NCBI GenBank assembly: GCA_013239625.1
Contig: MU053934.1
Location: 12,621,413 to 12,681,412, forward strand
Length of the DNA: 60,000 nt
From: Lama guanicoe
Lineage: Eukaryota
Reading direction: 5' to 3'
A program made the position numbers and the translations under genes. Below are positions 1 through 10,100 of the stretch, one piece after another (position 1 is the stretch's first letter; every line of letters begins with the position of its first letter). The notes beneath the pieces are model-generated. The model was not told where the DNA came from, did no database searches, and saw nothing but the letters and a program-made list of their open reading frames with translations.

Positions 1-530
1 GAAAGACATAGAGATGGAAAATGTAAAAGGTCAGGGGCTATGGAGGCTAGAACAAGAAGGTCCAGCGTAAGTCTTATTGGGGTCCCAGAAGGAGGAGAGA
101 TGGAATGGAGCAGAGGCAACATTTGAAGAGATAATTTCTAAACTGAGGAAAGAGAATTCATATAGATAAGAATCTCAGTGAACCTTGGCAGAACAAATAA
201 ATACACCACACCTAGGTATACTGTATTGAAACTTCAGAACACCAAAGACAAGGAAAGAAGTCCTAAATGTAGCTGGAGAAGAAAAGGTAATTACCTTTAA
301 AGGAGTGGCAGACTGAGAGGCGGCTTCTCATACCAACAAGGGAGTTCAGAGGAAGACAGTGGATGATGATGGAAATGAACTACCTGACATAGTAGTCCAT
401 ATCTAGTAAGAATATCTTTCAGGAGTCAGGACAAAAAAATAAAGGCATTTTTAGACAAACTGAGAGTTTACCTCCCCAAGCTCTCAATAAAGAAAATTCT
501 GAAGAATGCACTTCGGACCAAAGGACACTT
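1..530 (+). mobile_element. Old LINE-1/HAL1-type ORF1 remnant
   Basis: Degenerate L1 ORF1-like motifs (ttattggggtcccagaaggag, cacctaggtatactgtattgaaacttcagaacaccaaagacaagg, ttttagacaaactgagagttt). Confidence 0.6.
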
Positions 531-934
531 TTAAGGTATTTAGATTTCAAAGATTGTTGTTATTTCCTAATGACAATCCCTTAAGAAAAAAAAAGCTTCA
601 ACTCTGATTCATTATGATAATAGTTTTTCTCATTGGTAGAAATCTGTTTTCTGAAAGATATAACTATTTGTGAGAATTCTTTCTTAAACTAAAAGAAGGA
701 TATTTTTTTACTGTCCTTTCCTGTAAGGCATAACAGTATTGCAAATCCCATGGCTTTGGATCCCTTATTGGAACAGAGATGAGAATATACTGTTTCTTTT
801 AACACTGGATTATGTTGGTTTGCTGATGGAAACAATCCAGAAGAGAAGCTGGTGATTCCAAAAAGGGGGCTAATTTCAAGCAAGGAACTTGATTTGGTAA
901 TGAGAAAAGTTGGAAGATCAATAGGCTGGAGATC

Positions 935-1456
935 TGTGGTGGTTTTATAACACAGCCTCCAAATTCTTTGACACGCCTCCATTGAGAGTTGGTGTCCATG
1001 GCTGCTCTCTTGAATATGGATGGGATTGTGACTGCTTTAGCCAACAGATACGACAAAAGTGATGCCATGTGACTTCCAAGGCTAGATCAGAGAAGGCCAT
1101 GCATCTGCCCCCTGGCCTTCCTAGGACACTCACTCTGGGGGAAGCCTGCCATTCTGTAAGAAGCCCAGCTACCCTGAGACTTCTATGCTGGAGAGGCCAG
1201 GTGTAGGTGCTGGTTGACAGCCTCAGCTGAGCTCCCAGTCAACGGTCAGTGACAACTGCCAACCTTGTGAGTGAGCCATCTTGGATGTCCAGCCCAGCTT
1301 ACCTCTGGCTATAAACAAACTGCATGAGAAACCCCTGACAAGAACTTCCCACTGGAGTCCTTCCTGAATTTATAACCTAAAAACTATAAGTAAAGTGGTT
1401 GTTTAATTCCTCTAAATTTGGTGGTAATTTAGTACACAGCAGTAGTACCGGGAACA
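935..1456 (+). mobile_element. MaLR (MLT1-type) solo LTR
   Basis: TG...CA termini; MLT1 hallmarks gtgactgctttagccaacaga, gccatcttggatgtccagccc, ttgtttaattcctctaaatttggtggtaattt...cagcagtag. Confidence 0.75.
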
Positions 1457-1459
1457 AGT

Positions 1460-2290
1460 TTCTTACGGAGTCAAATAATTGTGGATGTCGTGGTAATAAG
1501 AAAGCAAGAAAAATCGGAAGTGATGGTCAGAGAATTGTGAGCTTAAAATCAAGATTCAAGAGGTAGTGAAGCTACTAGTTATGACAGAATTCCCAATAAA
1601 GTATGGCTCATAAGCTTTTCATTTTTTGTTTCAGCTATTGGCATTTAAAATTTTGTGTTTGTGACTTCCGTGCTATGTGAGTGAAATAAAAGACAGATAG
1701 TTTGCATTTGTTTATTTTCTAATCTATGAGAAAATTGTCAGAAAGTGTCCCCTGACTTTCTAGGATTGATCTGTGGTCAAGACTGCTGAGACTGTGTTGC
1801 TGTTCCAATCTTCCATTGTAAGTCCAGCCAATTTTGTGTTTTGTACTAACTGTACCATTAGTGGACCACATACTATCAGACTGTTGGCTGGTCAGAAGTC
1901 AAGAGTGTTGGATGGGTCACTTATGTGGATGTTCATGTTAACCAGTTTGATGACAAGACTCAGGATTGAAAGGAAAGCTGGGAAGTTTTGGTCAAAACTG
2001 TTTGTGAATTCTGGGAAGAGATCTGGAGTTTTGTGGGGAAAATCAAAGAGTGGTTAATACATCCAGACTCCTTGAACCCCAGAAATGAAGAATGTTCTTA
2101 GTGTTACTAAAATTGAAAAGACAAATGATGAAAAGGATTTAATCCCCCAGACCTGGTAGAGCCTATAAGCCCTCATTCACTCATTCATTCACATATTTGC
2201 TGACCACCTACTGTGTGCCAGGCACTGGGCTTGGAGCTTGGAAGTTTAAAGAGAGATAAAATACTGTCTCTGTTCTCTTGCAGCTCTCAA
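1460..2290. mobile_element. LINE-2 remnants (antisense body fragments and a 3' tail at ~2170-2290)
   Basis: L2-like ggtcagagaattgtgagcttaaaatcaagatt; tcattcactcattcattcac...cacctactgtgtgccaggcactg. Confidence 0.55.
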
Positions 2291-2703
2291 TCATTGAGAG
2301 GGAAACATACATTTATAAATGTCATTCTTACAAAAACACTGTAATTGAGATAAAATATAAATTGTTGTTGGACCACAAAAGAGGGCACCATCTGCCCCTG
2401 GCCATAGGCCTTTTCTCTCGGCTGGAAAGATTGCCATCCAGAGAATGATGTCACCTTTCCCATCTTGCGTGAGCTCCTTCTGTCCTGTGGTTTCCAAGCA
2501 TCAATCACTCAAGAGCCTAATCCTTCAGAAATAATTTTCTACAGAAATAAATGGACAAAGAAATATCAGGGCATATAATTTCCATCAAGCAAAAAGGAAT
2601 AATTTTACTGCCACCTTGTTGAAACTCCAGCATCCCTCTTTAGCCAAATCGTCTCCACAGTCTCCCTATCCTGCTGCTCCTAACTTTCTTTAATAACCAT
2701 ACT

Positions 2704-2831
2704 GGGAGTGGGTGGGTTATAGCTCATGCTTAGCATGTGCAAGGTCCTGGGTTCAATCCCCAGTACCTCCATTAAAAAATAGATAAACTTAATTACCTCC
2801 CCCCAAAACAAACAAAAACAAAAAACAAACA
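2704..2831 (+). mobile_element. tRNA-derived SINE (camelid Vic-1-like), internally deleted copy
   Basis: B-box ggttcaatccc, A-rich tail, 12-bp TSD aataaccatact (2692-2703 / 2832-2843). Confidence 0.85.
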
Positions 2832-3126
2832 AATAACCATACTCACAACCCTGATCTGTCCTTCCCCCACTGCAATATCAGATAACCCTCACCGAATGTG
2901 ACTCCTCCAGCTGGATTTCAACCACTTCTCTCCCTATGCAGCTCCACTTGAAGCCAGAACATGTTGATACCCTAAAAAGTGCCAGTAACATAGCTGGTGC
3001 TCAAGAAATAGTTTTCCAATTGAATGAACATAGTCTCAGGGTTATAACTTCACTCAGTGCCCATGAATACCTCAGTCCAGCCTGCGCAGCCTGTACTATG
3101 TACTGAAAAGTTCAGTTTTGGCCTCA

Positions 3127-3376
3127 GTCAGCATAGTCTGTATGGCCAACTCCGAGTCCAGCCGGATCAGCATCCCGTGGTCAGATACCTCTGTCCGGCA
3201 CTGTTCAGCACTCGCTGGGGAATCAGCGCCTCCAGCTCCGATCAGTACCTGCAGGGGAAACAGCTCCTCCAGCCCCAATCAGCTCGTTTTAGGGCGAAAT
3301 TTCCGTAGACCCAATCAGCACCCTTTGTGGGACAGCTCCAACCAGCCCTGATCAGCACCCAGACGTGGACAGCTCC
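3127..3376 (+). repeat. Degenerate ~37-bp tandem array of split RE1/NRSE-like (REST) motifs
   Basis: Left half-sites NTCAGCACC-like at 3127, 3166, 3204, 3241, 3278, 3314, 3351. The last two read ATCAGCACC-N7-GGACAGCTCC. Confidence 0.7.
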
Positions 3377-3699
3377 TCATCCTCTGCCCAGTCTCCGTAT
3401 GACTGACTCAGACCCAGACTTGGGACCTCAGCTCTTCTGTTCTGATTACTTGGGACGTCAGCGCAGCTCCTAGAGCAGCCTCACCCACCCCTCCTCTAGC
3501 CCCCCCCCCAAAAAAAACTCAGTTAACCAGAGGTCTGCTGACCGACTTCCCCACCGCAGTTTCTTCATTTAAGCTCTCACCGCACAAACTGATCCCGCAT
3601 TCTTACCAATCCACTTTTCACCTGCCCCCACCCCGAAAAAACCAAACTGCACACCCGATCATTCCCCAACCAGAGCCTCTCAGTCAAACCATCTTGTCT

Positions 3700-4150
3700 C
3701 CTCCAACCAGCTTCCCCGCCATCCCCTCCGCCCTCCTCCCGGGTCCGCCCTCCTCCCCTCCCCCAGATCCTCCCTCTTCCCGGGTCCTCCCCTCCCTTCC
3801 CCCAGTTCGCGCTGCCGCGGTGTCCTGGCGTCGAGGTGTGCCGGCGGCGGGGTGTCGCAGGGCGTGTCACGAGGTGACTCGGGGCGGGCCGAGGGCGGGC
3901 AGGAGGGAGCGACAAGGGCGTGCGGGGCTGTCGCTCTGGGCACCCCTCCCCCGCCGCAGTCGGCAGGCCTCTCCCCGGAGAAGATGGCGGATCGGGCGGA
4001 GATGTTTTCTCTTTCCACCTTTCACTCGCTATCGCCGCCAGGCTGCAGGTACGCAACTGGGCGCCCCGGGCCTTGGCAGGCCCTTTCCTTCCTGCAGTCC
4101 CCTCTCTGACCCAGTGCCCAGACTCCTCCGACCCGAACCTGCCACCTCAC
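3700..4150. promoter_or_regulatory. CpG-island promoter of MAPK8IP2
   Basis: High GC and CpG density spanning exon 1; GC box ggggcggg at ~3881. Confidence 0.85.
3984..4048 (+). CDS. MAPK8IP2: MAPK8IP2 coding exon 1
   Basis: ATG in context aag[25 protein letters not shown](R); donor CAG|gtacgc. Confidence 0.95.
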
Positions 4151-7100
4151 CCCTATCGTCTACTGGGTACCCAAGCCCCAGGCCTCTCTCTAGTCCTGAC
4201 TCCTGCTCCCCATCCCCCACCCCTGGGTTCCTGTTATCTCCATTTTTGTCCTCCTTTTGTCCCCCCTCCTCCAGCCCAATGACCCTCCACCCCCGATTCC
4301 TGCTGAGACTCAGTGCCGCACCCAGCCTGGACAGCCGACCCTTCAAGGGTGGAGGTCGTGGACTGAGCATCTGAGGGGCAGCCTGCCTGGGCAGGATGCT
4401 GAGCACACCCTCTGTGCTTGGCAGTGTCCTTTTGGCCTTGTTGGGTTTCTTTGGTGGAGGCCTGGCCTGGCCTGTCGGGCTCAGGGAGGGAGAGAATTGA
4501 AATCAAGCCTGGAGCCTGGGGGAAGGGACTAAGGTGGGGAGAAGCCTGAACCTCCGGGTGTAGGCCTGCCTTGGGTGGGAGTGGGGGACAGAGTGGCCAG
4601 ACTCTGCTCCTAGAACATGCTCAACCCCTCCTCCTCCTTCTACTGCTGCAGCTTCATCTCCCCCTCCCCCTTCTCTGCTTAGCCCGACTCCCCTGAGGCT
4701 GAGGCTGTGACCCAGAGGGGCCTGGAGCCAAGCACAGAGGGAGGAGAGGCTGCTCGCTCCATGAGGGAGGAGGACTGGGAGGAGGGTTCGAGGGACAGGC
4801 AGCTCTTCTGGGCTGATCATGGCTCAGATGGTGGGAGAATCCATTGGAGAGTAGAGTCTGAAGTCCAAGATAACGGCAGGATGCAGGTCTGGGAGTCAGG
4901 GCTATGGAGGTCACAGGGCCCAGGATCCGGGGGGTGGTCTCTCTGGCCCCTCCTCAGGACCATCTCCCAGATGGAGAGTCCAGAGTTGGTGACTCGGTCA
5001 GGAGCCCAGTCCTTGCTCTCTTACCCTGGTCTCTTCATCAGACCTCCCCAGGACATAAGCCTGGAAGAATTTGATGATGAAGATCTGTCTGAGATCACCG
5101 ATGACTGCGGTTTGGGCCTCAGCTATGACTCGGACCACTGCGAAAAGGTGGGAAAGGGGCTGGGGGCATAGAACTCTCTGAAGGGAGAGTCTCACTTGGG
5201 CTCTGCTTAACGTTCTTTTCGGGTTTTAGGGCGGGTCTAAGCTTACCCTTGGAACAAGAAATCCTCTGATTGCCTCCTCTCTCTTGGCCTCTTGACCTGG
5301 GTTCTTCCTTGATGTCAAACCTACATTTTTCTAACAGACTATAGGCTCTCCATTGAGGGCCTTCCCCAGCAGTCCTCGCCTGACCTCCATCACTAGGCTA
5401 GCTTGGGGGAGGGAAGATGTGCCTATGCTTTGGTGCCCTCTGTCCTCAGATCACTTCTCAGAAAGATCTAACCCCTTCCAACTGCCATCTCAGTTTGTCT
5501 CCTCCTCAGCCCTTTCCCCACCTCTCAAGCCTCCATCTGTCTGCCTCATGTCTCCACCCCTGAAATATTTTCTGCCCCCATCTCCTGCTTCTCCTCCTCC
5601 CTATCTCTCCATGTTTGTTTTCATTCAAGAACATTCCTGAGCAACTCCCAAGTGGCAAGTGCTGGGGGCTTCCTGGTGCCTCGGGGGAAAGCAGGACCAG
5701 TGTGGCCCTTACCCTCTGGAGCTTATATCTAGTAGAGGAGAAAGACATGTGAAAGGCAGTGGCAGCCTGGGTGTCAACGACTAGATTCCAACGGGGGGAC
5801 ACAGGTGCAAAAAGGAGAAACCACCCGAGAATGAGGCCATCGGGATTTTCCAGTGGAAATGGTGCACAACCATGCCCTTCAGGAACACCAGCAGGAGCTG
5901 GCAGATGAGGGAGATAGGAGAGAATGGAGGAAAGGAACTGCTGGCAAGGGATTATCTGGTCAAAGTTCCTAACCTGAGGTTGGTGCGAGCTTGGTGAGTC
6001 TTGGGTGCTAGCTGTCTTTCTTTCAGGCATCCATTTGATATTTACTGAGCTTCCAGTGTGGGCCAGGTTCTGTTCTCGGTGGGGGGCAGGGTACACCCAT
6101 GTACAGTATGTACATGGCCCTATCCTGGTGGAGCTTGCAGCTTGATGAGGAAGACAGAACCAAAACTCTATGGTAGTTATGAGTTGTGTTAAAATGCTAT
6201 GATGTAAAGAGTGCTTGTGTCACATGTGATGGGGTTTGGGGGTGAGATGAGGCTGACAGGTGGGTTGTGGAATCTCTGTCACCCAGACTTAAGAGTTTGG
6301 GCTCTTAGTTACCAAAAACTGGAGTGATCCTTATGTATCCTAAGCCGATAAAAAAAAAAAAAGCTGTTGGTGGAAAGCAGAGTGAACTCTGCTCCCCTTT
6401 CCTGCCACCTGGGATCCCCAGTCACTGTTCTACTCTGGCCCAGCTCTGTCCTCTTCTTTCCTGCAGGACAGCCTCTCCCTGGGGCGTTCGGAGCAGCCGC
6501 ACCCCATCTGCTCCTTCCAGGATGACTTCCAAGAGTTTGAGATGATCGATGACAATGAAGAGGAGGAGGAAGAGGAAGAGGAGGATGAAGAGGAAGAGGA
6601 GGAGGAAGGAGAGGGAGAGGGCAAGGAGGGAGGAGGCCCTGGCTCAGAGGACACTACTCAGGAGCCCCTGATCCCCTCCCCCTCACTGGAAGAGCCCCAC
6701 AAGCATCGGCCAACCACACTCCACCTGACAACATTGGGAGCCCAGGTGAGCATCCAGACTCACAGCATCCTGGGGCTAAACTGGGGTTCCTAGCATCCAG
6801 GACTCTGGTCCCCATGGCTGCCTGTCCCCTCTTACTCCTGAGAACTGGGACCCTTCCTCAACGCTGCTTTCCTAACCTCCACCTCTCAGGACTCCTTGAA
6901 CAACAATGGAGGGTTTGCTCTGGAGCCTCCAGGCTCCTGGCAGGAGACAGTGCTGTGCCCACCCGCCCAGGAGCCCCTCAAAGGTGAGTTAGACCGCAGG
7001 TTAGGGGTGCATAAGAAGCAAGGGGGTAGGAGTAGAGGGGAGTGGCCTGGCTGATGCACCTCCTACTCTGCAGAACCGCCCGCCCCGCTCCCACCCACGG

Positions 7101-10100
7101 ACCTGAGCCCCTGTGGGGCGCAGTCACCTTTGCGCCCAGGTTGCGACTGCGAAGGAAACCAGCCCGCAGGGCCCTTGGCACAAGGTGGGGCCTCGCCCTC
7201 CTCAGATCCGGGCATAGAGGCCGACCTGGGGAGCTCTAGCGGAGGCCGCGGGGGCCGGCGCAGCAGCCAAGAGCTGTCGTCGCCGGGCTCCGACTCCGAG
7301 GACGCAGAGGGCGCGCGCCTGGGGCGCATGATTTCGTCCATCTCAGAGACGGAGCTGGAGCGGAGCAGCGACGACGGCAGTAGCAGCAGCGGCCGCTCCT
7401 CGCACCTCACCAACTCCATTGAGGAGGCCTCATCTCCCGCCTCGGAGCCTGAGCCTGAGCCTGAGCCTCCGTGCGAGCCCCCGCGTCGCCCTGCCTTTCT
7501 GCCCGTGGGCCCCGATGACACCAACAGCGAGTATGAGTCAGGGTCCGAGTCTGAGCCAGACCTCAGCGAGGATGCCGACTCGCCCTGGCTGCTCAGCAAC
7601 CTTGTGAGCCGCATGATCTCCGAGGGCTCCTCGCCCATCCTCTGCCCAGGCCAGTGCCTGTCTCCCGCTTCGCGTTCTGCCGCGGAGCCTGCAACGCCCG
7701 CCGGTGGGACCCCTGAGGCCCCCGAGGCGGCTACCGGGCCAGGCGGCGTGGAGCTGGTGGACATGGAGACGCTGTGTGGGCCGCCGCCCCCTGCGCCCTC
7801 CGCACCTCGGCCCGGCCCCGCGCAGCCCGGGCCTTGCCTCTTCCTCAGCAACCCCACGCGAGACACCATTACGCCGCTGTGGGCCGCTCCAGGCCGCGCT
7901 GCCCGCCCAGGCCGCGCTTGCTCCGCCGCCTGCTCGGAGGACGAAGAGGATGAGGAGGAGGAGGAGGAGGCTGGGGATAAGGCAGCGCCCCCTGGGGGCA
8001 GAGGCTCGGGCCCTGCGGCGCTGGACGCCTCGCTGGTGTACGATGCAGTGAAGTACACGCTGGTGGTGGACGAGCACACGCAGCTGGAACTGGTGAGCCT
8101 GCGGCGCTGCGCTGGCCTGGGTGACGACAGTGAGGAGGACAGTGGTGGCGAGGCCAGCGAGGAAGAGGCAGGGGCTGCACTGCTGAGTGGTGGCCAGGGC
8201 CCTGGGGACGCCTCCCCAGACAGCCCCGACCTCACCTTCTCCAAGAAGTTCCTCAATGTCTTTGTCAACAGCACCTCTCGATCTTCCAGTGAGTGGGGGG
8301 TGGGGGAAGGGGGTGGTCCCAGGGGAATAAGCTGCCTCCTAAGCCCCAGGGCCCATGCAGATCCCCAGAGTGCCCAAGGCAGCCCGAGGGCCTGCGGGTG
8401 GTCAGGGCTGGGCATTGCCCTCTTCTCCAGGACCTAGGCCTGGGGCCTTCCCCAGACCCCCGTGGGGTGGGGAGGGCTGCTCTGCCTCCAACCCCTGATG
8501 AGCTGGTTCTCCCTCCCTCCCCACCTGAGGACAACCCACACCATACTGTTGGGGGCCGGGGGGAACTGGCCAGGCCATCAGGTACTTTCTTTCCTCCTCC
8601 TCCCTTCCCCTGAGTCTCTGTCTCCTGTTTCTGTCTCTCAGGCACTGAGTCTTTTGGCCTTTTTTCCTGCCTGGTCAATGGGGAGGAGAGAGAGCAAACC
8701 CACCGGGCCGTCTTCAGGTACAGCCTCTCCCCCTTGCCATTGCCACTGGTGACCCTCCTGAGTCTGCAGATGTTATAGGACACTGCTGGCCTCCTGAGCC
8801 AGCCAGTCCTACCCCTGCCCCAGTGACCTCCCACCTCTGACCTGATCTCAGGTTCATCCCTCGCCATCCGGACGAGCTGGAGCTGGATGTGGATGACCCG
8901 GTGCTGGTGGAGGCTGAGGAGGATGACTTCTGGTTCCGTGGCTTCAACATGCGCACAGGGGAGCGTGGTGTCTTCCCGGCCTTTTATGCCCACGCAGTGC
9001 CCGGCCCTGCCAAGGACCTGCTGGGTGAGGCCCCATCCCCAGGGAGTCTCTCGTCACCCCAGACTTCCTCTCGCTCACCTGACCTAGCCCCTTGTGACCC
9101 TCCCCCAGGGAGCAAGCGGGGCCCCTGCTGGGTGGAGCGCTTCGACGTGCAGTTCCTGGGCTCCGTGGAGGTGCCCTGTCACCAGGGTAATGGCATCCTG
9201 TGTGCAGCCATGCAGAAGGTCAGTCTAGAGGTGGGGACCCCAGCCCCCAGGCTGGCACAACCTTGAAGACCCCAGGCCTCTGCCCTCTTCCACAGAGGGT
9301 TCAGGGGATGCCTTGGGGACCTCAGATGCCTGGCCCTCCAGCTGTGATTCAGAGGCCTGGGCAGGCAAACCCAGGACAGTGCTTAGCAGCTGTCCCCCAT
9401 CACCTCCCACTGGCCCTTCCTCCCCTTCAACTTGTCCTATTCCTACCTGAACATCAAGACCAGCTCTCACAGACCCCTCCCTGGGAGTCATTTGCTCATT
9501 CACTGACTCACACAGTGGACACTGAGTGAGCGCTGTCCATCTGCTGGTCCTGTGATTGAGCAGGAGAGCAGTAGGGGTGCAAGACAGCCCTGTATCCGGA
9601 AGCCCCCACTCAGCTCCGGAGACATGCAGTGAGGAGGCCTGGGTCGGTGGGAGGAATGGAAAGAAGGTGAGGCAGGCTGTCCCGGGACTGAGGAATGGCC
9701 AAGACCACGCTCCCATCTTCCAGAGCCAGTGCAAGAAGTCTTCGGATCTAATCTAAAATGTTCCCCCAGGAGGGAAAGACATCCTTGTAGGCCCTTGAGA
9801 CCCCCTTCTTCCCTGGCTTCTTCTCCAGATTGCCACTGCCCGGAAACTGACCGTCCACCTACGTCCTCCTGCTTCCTGTGACCTTGAGATTTCTCTTCGG
9901 GGGGTCAAGCTGAGTCTAAGCGGAGGACCCGAGGTGGGGGTGTGAGGACCTGAGGACAGGGGAGGCTGGGGGGTGTAAGGCAGGAGGGTCTGACTGAGGG
10001 ACATCTGGCAGGGGTGGCTGGAATGGCCCTGGGCCAACTCCACCTAACCTGGCGCACTCCTGCTTCTCCCCTTCTAGTTCCAACACTGCAGCCACTTTTT

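Noticed and set aside
690..2060. Possible processed pseudogene interrupted by the LTR
   Set aside because: No recognisable protein in any frame, and the motifs fit antisense L2 remnants better.
3127..3376. CRISPR-like repeat/spacer periodicity
   Set aside because: Mammalian DNA, highly degenerate ~37-bp units and no cas genes. Better explained as a tandem repeat carrying RE1 half-sites.
7063..8415. 450-aa ORF on the minus strand
   Set aside because: Antisense shadow of GC-rich MAPK8IP2 exon 5, with low-complexity translation and no independent gene signals.
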